Below, in pieces: positions 43,501-55,644 of a stretch of DNA of 64,000 bases. The notes under the pieces were generated by a model. That model was given only the letters and a program-made list of their open reading frames with translations, was not told the origin of the DNA and did not search any database. The stretch is from contig OZ024743.1 of the NCBI GenBank assembly GCA_964016885.1, positions 205,406,001 through 205,470,000 on the forward strand, read 5' to 3'. The translations under genes and the position numbers were made by a program. Within the stretch, counting starts at the first letter, position 1; every line of letters starts with the position of its first letter. This DNA is from Eledone cirrhosa. Its lineage: Eukaryota.

Positions 43501-44726
43501 CATATTTAAAGTCAATTAGAACCCTTATTATAAATTCCATTAAAACCCATTAAGTATCCAATTGAAAAATCCATTAAGAGCTCATTAAAAATACTCCATT
43601 AAAAACCCAATTAAAAATCATTAAAACGCATTTAAACACCATAAAAACACAATTAAAACGCCATTAAAAACTCCATTAAAACATCCTTGAATCTATTAAA
43701 AATTTCATTAAAAACGCAATCAAAAATTCCATTAAAAACCCATTTAAAAACTCATAAACAACACCATTGAAAACCCAATTAAAAACTCCATAAAAAACCC
43801 ATTAAACACCATCGAAAATTCCATTAAAACACCATTAAAAAGCCATTAAAACCCAATTTTAAACGCAATTAAAAACTGAATTAAAACACTATTAAAAACT
43901 CATAAAAAAGGCTCATAAATAATGGGGTTTTCAATTGTTTTTTATGAAATTTATAATATGGCTTTTAATGAACTTTTTAATGGGCTTTTAGTGGAGTTTT
44001 TAATAGATTTTTATGGAATTTTTAATGACATTATTAATGGTTTTTTAATTGGGCTTTTTGTGATGTTTTAATGGCGTTTTTATGACATTTTATTGTGTTT
44101 TGTGGCGTTTTAATGGCGTTTTAATTGGTTTGTTATTGGGTTTTTAATAGAGTTTTATGAACTTTTAATATGGGGTTAATGGGTTTTGAATGTGTTTTCA
44201 ATGGAACTTTTAATTGAGTTTTTAATGAAATTTCTAATGGGATGTGTAATTGAATTTTTAATTGGTTTTTAATGGGTTTAGTGGGTTTATAGTGGAGTTT
44301 TTAATGGTGTTTTAATGGTGCTTCGATTGAGTTTTTAATTGAGTTTTTAATTGAGTTTTTACTGAGTTTTTAATTGAGTTCTTATTTTATTTTATTTTAT
44401 TTATTTTTTATATTTAATTTTTTTTTTTTTTTTTATTTTATTTTATTTTTATTTATTTTATTTTATTTTATTTTATTTTATTTTATTTTATTTATTTTAT
44501 TTTATTTTATGTATATTTTTTATTTTTTTTTATTTTATTTTATTTTATTTTTTTTTATTTTTTTTTATTTTATTTTATTTTATTTTATTTTATTTTATTT
44601 TTTATTTTATTTTATTTTATTTTATTTTATTTTATTTTATTGAGTTTTTAATTTAGTTTATAATTTAGTTTATAACTTAGTTTATAATTTAGTTTATTTC
44701 TCCCTCCTCTCCCCCTACTGTCCTCT
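38694..44726 (+). repeat. Macrosatellite unit 5 (6033 bp)
   Basis: Anchor to anchor. Confidence 0.95.
39685..40076. repeat. Foldback inverted repeat, unit 5 (392 bp)
   Basis: Same termini. There is a 6-bp deletion in the right arm and one extra CA in the left arm. Confidence 0.92.
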
Positions 44727-45588
44727 ACAGCCAGATCTGCCTTTCTTTACCCCTCCCAAGTCTCTTCCCTCTTCTCCCCCTACTGTCCTCTACAGCCTGA
44801 TCTGCCTTTCTTTACCCCTCCCTAGTCTCTTCATTATTCAGTTTTGTTTTTATCTTTCTAAAACATCCTAGTTTTAATGAAATTAAAAGGAAATAGCAAT
44901 CGCTATAAGTGTGCAAGCCAGCATGTAACTTCATGTGTGTGTGTTTTTAATGGAGTTTTTAATTGAGTTTTAATGGAGTTTTAATTGAGTTTATAATGGA
45001 GATTTAAATGGAATTTTTAATTGAGTTTTAATGTAGTTTTAATGGTGTTTTATGCCGTTTTAATGGTATTTTAATGGGGTTTTTATTTGGTTTTTTATAA
45101 AGTTTTGGGTGCGCTTTTAATGGGGGTTTAATGGGTTTTCAGTGTAGTTTTTAATGACATTTTTAATGGTTTTCCAATGGAACCTTAGTGGTGTTTTAAT
45201 GCAATTTTAATTGGTTTAATGGGCTTTTAATTGTGTTTTTAATGGTGTTTTAATTGAGTTTTTAATTGCGTTTTAATTGAGTTTTTATTTCGGTTTAAAT
45301 TTAAGGTTTTAATGTCTTTTCGAGGGGGGGTTAATGGGTGTTTTAATGGAGTTTTAATGGGGACTTTTAATGGAAACTTTAATTTTGTTTTAATTGGGTT
45401 TTTATGGGTTTCCAATGTGGTTTTTAATGGCGCTTTTATTGGCATTCTTAATGATGTTTTAATTGTGTTTTAATGGGGGATTTGGTTGGGGTTTTAATGG
45501 AGTGTTTTATGAGCTTATAATGGGGTTTTTAATGGGTTTTTCAAAATAGATTTTTAATTGAATTTTTAATGTGGTTTTTAATGGGATT

Positions 45589-45645
<57 letters not shown>

Positions 45646-45706
45646 GTGTGTGTGTATATATATATATAGTGTGTATGTATATATATATATATATATAGTG
45701 TGTGCG

Positions 45707-45738
<32 letters not shown>

Positions 45739-46322
45739 ACACAAATATTAGCATATACATATTTTCTTAGTAATTGAGGATGTGTTTTTTATACATACAT
45801 ATGCATATTGCATCCATACATACACACATACAAGCATATACATACACATACACACACATATATATACACACACTGTATATATATACATACACACACACAC
45901 ATATATATATATACACCACACACTATATATATATATAGTGTGTGTGTGTATATATATATGTGTGTGTGTGTGTATGTATATATATATATACAGTGTGTGT
46001 ATATATGTGTGTGTGTATGTCTATGTATATGCTTGTATGTGTGTATGTATGTATGTATGCAATATGCATATATAAAAACACATCCTCAATGACTAAGAAA
46101 TTATGTATATGCTAATATTTGTCTTAGTGTCTATATAAATGTATGTATGTAGTATATGCAAGTGTTCGTGCAAATTGAAAATAGATTTAATAATTTTAAT
46201 ATCTAGAACAATGTGATCTAAAAAAAATATTTTTTAAGATACGAATATATCGTTGTCAGCTTAATATGGCACTAACGCAAAATATAAATCCCAGTTTATA
46301 TATAGTGTGTAACATGAAAGTG

Positions 46323-46371
<49 letters not shown>

Positions 46372-46586
46372 ATATATATATATATATATTTAATATATAT
46401 ATATATATATATATTTAATATATATATATATATATATATATTTAATATATATATATATATATATATATTTAATATATATATATATATATATATTTAATAT
46501 ATATATATATATATATATATTTAATATATATATATATATATATATATATTTAATATATGTATATATATATATATATATATATTTAA

Positions 46587-46632
<46 letters not shown>

Positions 46633-49600
46633 ATACACATATATATGTGTAAATATATATATACACATATATATGTGTAAATATATATATACACATATAT
46701 ATATACACATATATATGTGTAAATATATATATATACATATATATGTATGTATGTATATATATATATATAAACACCATTAAAATCTCCATTGAAAAGCTCA
46801 TAAAAACTCATTAAAAACCCAATAAAAAGCACACTAAACCACCATTAAAAGCTACATCCGAAACCCATTAAAAACTATATTAAAACACCATTAAAATTCC
46901 ATTAAAAACCACATTAAAATCCATTAAAAATCCAATTAAAAACAGTAAAAACTTAATTGTAAACGTAATCGAAAGCGCAAGTAAAACAACATTAAAACCA
47001 TTTAACACCCCATTAAAACCCACAAAAATACCACCAGAACCCATTAGAATCCCATAACCGCCATTAAAATGCCATTAAAAATATTATCAAAAACTTCATT
47101 TAAAACACACTGGAAACCCATTAAACTTCATAATTCTCGTTAAAAAAAATCCATTAAAAACTCAATCAAAAACCCAATTAAAAGGCCATAAAAGAAACAT
47201 TAAAACAGCATTTAAAATACCATTAAAAACGCCATAAAAAACATTAAAATCCCATTAAAAATACATTAAAGGCCCATTAAAAATTCCACTAAAAACCTCA
47301 TTGAAAACCCCATTTAAAACCTAATTAGAAGCTCATAAAAACTCCCAAAACCCAATAAAAAAACCATTAAAACGTCATTAAAACGTCATAAAACGCTATT
47401 AAAACGTCATTAAAAATGTCATTAAAAACTCCATTGATAACTCAATTAAAAACTGCATTTTACCCCCCTCCTCCCCCATTAAAAACACATTAAACACTCC
47501 ATTAAAATTACCATTAAAAACCAATTAAATACTCCATTAAACACTATATTAAAACCGCAATTATAAATTCTTTAAAAATCCAATTAAAAACCATATTATA
47601 AACTCCATTAAAAATCCAATTAAAAACCCTACTGAAAATCCCATTATAAAATTACATAAAAAACCCATAATAATAGTCCTTTAAAAAACCAATTAAAAAT
47701 CATATTAAAACGCCATAAAAAACACCATTAAAACGTCATTAAAAATACAATTGAAAACACCATTAAAAACTACATTGCAAATTCCATTAAAAGACCCATT
47801 AAAAACTCCATTAAAAGCACCACTAAAAAGTCCATTAAAAAGCTCATAAAACCCATTAAAATACAATTAATAACCAATTAACACTCCATTAAAAACCATT
47901 ACAACAGTCATTAAAATGCCATAAAATACCATTAAAACGCCATTAAGAACGCCATTAAAATCGTCATTAAAAACCTCATTAAAAACTACATTAAAACTTC
48001 ATTAAAAACTCCATTAAAACCTCCATTTTAAACTCTATTAAACTCCATTAAAAACTCAATTAAATCCCCCATTAAACCCCCATTAAGCCCCATTAAAAGC
48101 CCCTGAAAATGCAACTAAAAACCAATTTTAAAACCCCATTAAAACACAATTAAAAGTCCATTGGAAACCCCATTAAAATTCCATTAAAAATTCATTAAAA
48201 ACTTAGTAAAAACTCGATTTTATACTCAATTAAAAAGGTAATTGAAAACTCAATTAGCACACCATTAAAAACTCATTAAAAAGCCCATAAAAACTTCATA
48301 AAAAATCTAATTGAAAAACATTAAAAATTCAGTTAAAAACCTGATTGAAAACCCCAATAAAAGTTCATTAAAAAAACTCCATTAAAAAATCAATCAAAAC
48401 CCCATTAAAATAACATTGAAACTTATCGAAGCGTCATTAAGGATACCATTAAAAAACACCATTAAAACGGCATTGAAAACCCATTATAAAAAATTAAAGG
48501 GTCCGTAAAAAACACCATTATAAATCCATTAAAAACCTAATTGAAAAACCCATTAAAACCCAATTTTTAAACTAGATTAAAAACGCAATTAAAAACGCAA
48601 TTAAAAGCTCAATGAAAAACCATTAAAAACACCATTAAAAACTCTAAAAAAGAGCACTAGCCATTAAAACTCCATTAAAACCCATTGAAACCTACTACCC
48701 CCATTAAACCCCATTAAAATTGCATTAAACACATTACACATCCATTAAAGCCCATTAGAAGGACCATCAAATATTTAAATTTAAACTAAATCAGAAACTC
48801 GCTTAAAACACCATTAAAAACACATTAAAATGTCACTAATACCATTAACAACCACACCAAAAACTCCATTAATATACCATTAAAAACCGCATTGAAAACC
48901 CATAAAATCCCAAGTAAAGATCTTTTAAAAAACTACATTAAAAACCCAATTAAAAAACCCATTAAAACGCCATAAAAGTCATTAAAACGTCATTTAAAGT
49001 ACCATTAAAAACGTCACTAGAAACCCAATTTAAAATACATTAAAAATTCCATTTGAAACCATATTAAAAATTTCATTAAATGCAATATTGAAAAACCCAT
49101 TAAAAACACCAGTGAAAACTCATATAAATACTCAATTAAAAAACCAATTAAAAATCCTATTTAAACGTCACTAAAACACCATAAAAAACACAATTAAAAC
49201 GTCATTAAAACACCATTAAACTATCATTAAAAATTACATTGAAAACACCATTAAAAATTCAATTAAACCCCATTAAAAATCCATTAAAAAGATCAACATG
49301 GACGCACTTAAACACCATCAAAAACGCATTAAAAATTAAATTAAAAAGCAATTAATTTTTTTTTATCAAAACCCCATTAAAATTCCATTAAACACTCCAT
49401 TAAAATTCCATTAAACACTCCATTAAAAACAACATTGAAAACCCCCATTAAAAGCTCATACAAAATTATATTAAAAACCCAATAAAAAACAATTACAACG
49501 CCATTAAAACATCATAAAAACTCATTAAAATGTCATTTAAAATGCCATTAAAACCCTCACGGGGGGAAACGCAATTAAAAACACCATTAGAAATTTCATT

Positions 49601-50811
49601 AAAAACTCCATTAAAAATCATATTTAAAGTCAATTAGAACCCTTATTATAAATTCCATTAAAACCCATTAAGTATCCAATTGAAAAATCCATTAAGAGCT
49701 CATTAAAAATACTCCATTAAAAACCCAATTAAAAATCATTAAAACGCATTTAAACACCATAAAAACACAATTAAAACGCCATTAAAAAGACCATTAAAAA
49801 CTCCATTAAAACATCCTTGAATCTATTAAAAATTTCATTAAAAACGCAATCAAAAATTCCATTAAAAACCCATTTAAAAACTCATAAACAACACCATTGA
49901 AAACCCAATTAAAAACTCCATAAAAAACCCATTAAACACCATCGAAAATCACATTAAAATTCCATTAAAACACCATTAAAAAGCCATTACAACCCAATTT
50001 TAAACGCAATTAAAAACTGAATTAAAACACTATTAAAAACTCATAAAAAAGGCTCATAAATAATGGGGTTTTCAATTGTTTTTTATGAAATTTATAATAT
50101 GGCTTTTAATGAACTTTTTAATGGGCTTTTAGTGGAGTTTTTAATGGATTTTTATGGAATTTTTAATGGCATTATTAATGGTTTTTTAATTGGGCTTTTT
50201 GTGATGTTTTAATGGCGTTTTTATGACATTTTATTGTGTTTTGTGGCGTTTTAATGGCGTTTTAATTGGTTTGTTATTGGGTTTTTAATAGAGTTTTATG
50301 AACTTTTAATATGGGGTTAATGGGTTTTGAATGTGTTTTCAATGGAACTTTTAATTGAGTTTTTAATGAAATTTCTAATGGGATGTGTAATTGAATTTTT
50401 AATTGGTTTTTAATGGGTTTAGTGGGTTTATAGTGGAGTTTTTAATGGTGTTTTAATGGTGCTTCGATTGAGTTTTTAATTGAGTTTTTAATTGAGTTTT
50501 TACTGAGTTTTTAATTGAGTTCTTATTTTATTTTATTTTATTTATTTTTTATATTTAATTTTTTTTTATATTTTTTTATTTTATTTTATTTTTATTTATT
50601 TTATTTTATTTTATTTTATTTTATTTATTTTATTTTATTTTATTTATATTTTTTAGTTTTTTTTATTTTATTTTATTTTATTTTTTTTATTTTATTTTAT
50701 TTTATTTTATTTTATTTTATTTTATTGAGTTTTTAATTTAGTTTATAATTTAGTTTATAACTTAGTTTATAATTTAGTTTATTTCTCCCTCCTCTCCCCC
50801 TACTGTCCTCT
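44727..50811 (+). repeat. Macrosatellite unit 6 (6085 bp)
   Basis: Anchor to anchor. Confidence 0.95.
45737..46126. repeat. Foldback inverted repeat, unit 6 (390 bp)
   Basis: It has the same 6-bp deletion as unit 5, and the right terminus reads ATTTGTCTTA (one substitution). Confidence 0.92.
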
Positions 50812-51787
50812 ACAGCCAGATCTGCCTTTCTTTACCCCTCCCAAGTCTCTTCCCTCTTCTCCCCCTACTGTCCTCTACAGCCTGATCTGCCTTTCTTTAC
50901 CCCTCCCTAGTCTCTTCATTATTCAGTTTTGTTTTTATCTTTCTAAAACATCCTAGTTTTAATGAAATTAAAAGGAAATAGCAATCGCTATAAGTGTGCA
51001 AGCCAGCATGTAACTTCATGTGTGTGTGTTTTTAATGGAGTTTTTAATTGAGTTTTAATGGAGTTTTAATTGAGTTTATAATGGAGATTTAAATGGAATT
51101 TTTAATTGAGTTTTAATGTAGTTTTAATGGTGTTTTATGCCGTTTTAATGGTATTTTAATGGGGTTTTTATTTGGTTTTTTATAAAGTTTTGGGTGCGCT
51201 TTTAATGGGGGTTTAATGGGTTTTCAGTGTAGTTTTTAATGACATTTTTAATGGTTTTCCAATGGAACCTTAGTGGTGTGTTAATGCAATTTTAATTGGT
51301 TTAATGGGCTTTTAATTGTGTTTTTAATGGTGTTTTAATTGGGTTTTTAATTGCGTTTTAATTGAGTTTTTATTTCGGTTTAAATTTGAGGTTTTAATGT
51401 CTTTTCGAGGGGGGGTTAATGGGTGTTTTAATGGAGTTTTAATGGGGACTTTTAATGGAAACTTTAATTTTGTTTTAATTGGGTTTTTATGGGTTTCCAA
51501 TGTGGTTTTTAATGGCGCTTTTATTGGCATTCTTAATGATGTTTTAATTGTGTTTTAATGGGGGGTTTGGTTGGGGTTTTAATGGAGTGTTTTATGAGCT
51601 TATAATGGGGTTTTTAATGGGTTTTTCAAAATAGATTTTTAATTGAATTTTTAATGTGGTTTTTAATGGGATTTATATATATATATATGTATATATAAAT
51701 ATATATATATATATATATAATATATAGTGTGTGTGTATATATATATATAGTGTGTATGTATATATATATATATATATAGTGTGTGCG

Positions 51788-51819
<32 letters not shown>

Positions 51820-52439
51820 ACACAAATATTAGCATATACATATTTTCTTAGTAATTGAGGATGTGTATTTTATACATACATATGCATATTGCATCCATAC
51901 ATACACACATACAAGCATATACATACACATACACACACATATATATACACACACTGTATATATATACATACACACACACACATATATATATATACACCAC
52001 ACACTATATATATATATAGTGTGTGTGTGTATATATATATGTGTGTGTGTGTGTATGTATATATATATATACAGTGTGTGTATATATGTGTGTGTGTATG
52101 TCTATGTATATGCTTGTATGTGTGTATGTATGTATGTATGCAATATGCATATGTATGTATAAAAACACATCCTCAATGACTAAGAAATTATGTATATGCT
52201 AATATTTGTGTTAGTGTCTATATAAATGTATGTATGTAGTATATGCAAGTGTTCGTGCAAATTGAAAATAGATTTAATAATTTTAATAATATCTAGAACA
52301 ATGTGATCTAAAAAAAATATTTTTTAAGATACGAATATATCGTTGTCAGCTTAATATGGCACTAACGCAAAATATAAATCCCAGTTTATATATAGTGTGT
52401 AACATGAAAGTGGAATATATATATATATATATATATATA

Positions 52440-52502
<63 letters not shown>

Positions 52503-52629
52503 ATATATATATATATATATATTTAATATATATATATATATATATATATTTAATATATATATATATATATATATATTTAATATATATATATATATATATA
52601 TTTAATATATATATATATATATATATATA

Positions 52630-52664
<35 letters not shown>

Positions 52665-52665
52665 A

Positions 52666-52711
<46 letters not shown>

Positions 52712-55644
52712 ATACACATATATATGTGTAAATATATATATACACATATATATGTGTAAATATATATATACACATATATATATACACATATATATGTGTA
52801 AATATATATATATACATATATATGTATGTATGTATATATATATATATAAACACCATTAAAAACTCCATTGAAAAGCTCATAAAAACTCATTAAAAACCCA
52901 ATAAAAAGCACACTAAACCACCATTAAAAGCTACATCCGAAACCCATTAAAAACTATATTAAAACACCATTAAAATTCCATTAAAAACCACATTAAAATC
53001 CATTAAAAATCCAATTAAAAACAGTAAAAACTTAATTGTAAACGTAATCGAAAGCGCAAGTAAAACAACATTAAAACCATTTAACACCCCATTAAAACCC
53101 ACAAAAATACCACCAGAACCCATTAAAATCCCATAACCGCCATTAAAATTCCATTAAAAATATTATCAAAAACTTCATTTAAAACACACTGGAAACCCAT
53201 TAAACTTCATAATTCTCGTTAAAAAAATCCATTAAAAACTCAATCAAAAACCCAATTAAAAGGCCATAAAAGAAACATTAAAACAGCATTTAAAATACCA
53301 TTAAAAACGCCATAAAAAACATTAAAATCCCATTAAAAATACATTAAAGGCCCATTAAAAATTCCACTAAAAACCTCATTGAAAACCCCATTTAAAACCT
53401 AATTAGAAGCTCATAAAAACTCCCAAAACCCAATAAAAAAACCATTAAAACGTCATTAAAACGTCATAAAACGCTATTAAAACGTCATTAACAATGTCAT
53501 TAAAAACTCCATTGATAACTCAATTAAAAACTGCATTTTACCCCCCTCCTCCCCCATTAAAAACACATTAAACACTCCATTAAAATTACCATTAAAAACC
53601 AATTAAATACTCCATTAAACACTATATTAAAACCGCAATTATAAATTCTTTAAAAATCCAATTAAAAAACATATTATAAACTCCATTAAAAATCCAATTA
53701 AAAACCCTACTGAAAATCCCATTATAAAATTACATAAAAAACCCATAATAATAGTCCTTTAAAAAACCAATTAAAAATCCTATTAAAACGCCATAAAAAA
53801 CACCATTAAAACGTCATTAAAAATACAATTGAAAACACCATTAAAAACTACATTGCAAGTTCCATTAAAAGACCCATTAAAAACTCCATTAAAAACACCA
53901 CTAAAAAGTCCATTAAAAAGCTCATAAAACCCATTAAAATACAATTAATAACCAATTAACACTCCATTAAAAACCATTACAACCGTCATTAAAATGCCAT
54001 AAAATACCATTAAAACGCCATTAAGAACGCCATTAAAATCGTCATTAAAAACCTCATTAAAAACTACATTAAAACTTCATTAAAAACTCCATTAAAACCT
54101 ACATTATAAACTCTATTAAACTCCATTAATAACTCAATTAAATCCCCCATTAAACCCCCATTAAGCCCCATTAAAAGCCCCTGAAAATGCAACTAAAAAC
54201 CAATTTTAAAACCCCATTAAAACACAATTAAAAGTCCATTGGAAACCCCATTAAAATTCCATTAAAAATTCATTAAAAACTTAGTAAAAACTCGATTTTA
54301 TACTCAATTAAAAAGGTAATTGAAAACTCAATTAGCACACCATTAAAAACTCATTAAAAAGCCCATAAAAACTCCATAAAAAATCTAATTGAAAAACATT
54401 AAAAATTCAGTTAAAAACCTGATTGAAAACCCCAATAAAAGTTCATTAAAAAAACTCCATTAAAAAATCAATCAAAACCCCATTAAAATAACATTGAAAC
54501 TTATCGAAGCGTCATTAAGGATACCATTAAAAAACACCATTAAAACGGCATTGAAAACCCATTATAAAAAATTAAAGGGGCCGTAAAAAACACCATTATA
54601 AATCCATTAAAAACCTAATTAAAAAACCCATTAAAAATCAATTTTTAAACTAGATTAAAAACGCAATTAAAAACGCAATTAAAAGCTCAATGAAAAACCA
54701 TTAAAAACACCATTAAAAACTCTAAAAAAAAAAGAGCACTAGCCATTAAAACTCCATTAAAACCCATTGAAACCTACTACCCCCATTAAACCCCATTAAA
54801 ATTGCATTAAACACATTACACATCCATTAAAGCCCATTAGAAGGACCATCAAATATTTAAATTTAAACTAAATCAGAAACTCGCTTAAAACACCATTAAA
54901 AACACATTAAAATGTCACTAATACCATTAACAACCACACCAAAAACTCCATTAATATACCATTAAAAACCGCATTGAAAACCCATAAAATCCCAAGTAAA
55001 GATCTTTTAAAAAACTACATTAAAAACCCAATTAAAAAACCCATTAAAACGCCATAAAAGTCATTAAAACGTCATTTAAAGTACCATTAAAAACGTCACT
55101 AGAAACCCAATTAAAAACACATTAAAAATTCCATTTGAAACCATATTAAAAATTTCATTAAATGCAATATTGAAAAACCCATTAAAAACACCAGTGAAAA
55201 CTCATATAAATACTCAATTAAAAAACCAATTAAAAATCCTATTTAAACGTCACTAAAACACCATAAAAAACACAATTAAAACGGCATTAAAACACCATTA
55301 AACTATCATTAAAAATTACATTGAAAACACCATTAAAAATTCAATTAAAACCCCATTAAAAATCCATTAAAAAGATCATCATGAACGCACTTAAACACCA
55401 TCAAAAACGCATTAAAAATTAAATTAAAAAGCAATTAATTTTTTTTATCAAACCCCCATTAAAATTCCATTAAACACTCCATTAAAAACAACATTGAAAA
55501 CCCCCATTAAAAGCTCATACAAAATTATATTAAAAACCCAATAAAAAACAATTACAACGCCATTAAAACATCATAAAAACTCATTAAAATGTCATTTAAA
55601 ATGCCATTAAAACCCTCACGGGGGGGAACGCAATTAAAAACACC
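50812..55644 (+). repeat. Macrosatellite unit 7, 3'-truncated (4833 bp)
   Basis: It follows the unit consensus up to ...GCAATTAAAAACACC, where other units continue ATTAGAAATTTC, and then switches to the 25-29-bp satellite. Confidence 0.95.
51818..52213. repeat. Foldback inverted repeat, unit 7 (396 bp)
   Basis: Same termini. Confidence 0.93.

Larger units (their letters stand above)
13545..55644 (+). repeat. ~6.2-kb composite macrosatellite, 6 complete plus 1 truncated head-to-tail units
   Basis: The anchor ACAGCCAGATCTGCCTTTC recurs at 13545, 19521, 25736, 32292, 38694, 44727 and 50812. The internal module order is the same in every unit, and near-identical artefact ORFs recur at 14593, 20559, 26783, 33330, 45782 and 51863. 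Confidence 0.97.

Noticed and set aside
14593-52911. Recurrent YI/HT/CV-rich, FILFY-rich and MPIKAPLK ORFs in each unit
   Set aside because: They are translations of (TA)n, (CA)n, (TTTTA)n and CCATTAAAA repeats. They recur only because the unit is repeated, and their frames shift with microsatellite length.
13545-55644. rDNA, 5S, histone or snRNA tandem gene array as the explanation for the 6-kb unit
   Set aside because: No rRNA, tRNA, snRNA or histone-like sequence is recognisable, and the unit has only about 300 bp of complex sequence.
13545-55644. Pure assembly artefact (one unit echoed several times)
   Set aside because: The units differ by structured, shared substitutions and indels rather than random errors. 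Exact copy number and homopolymer or (AT)n lengths still need read support.
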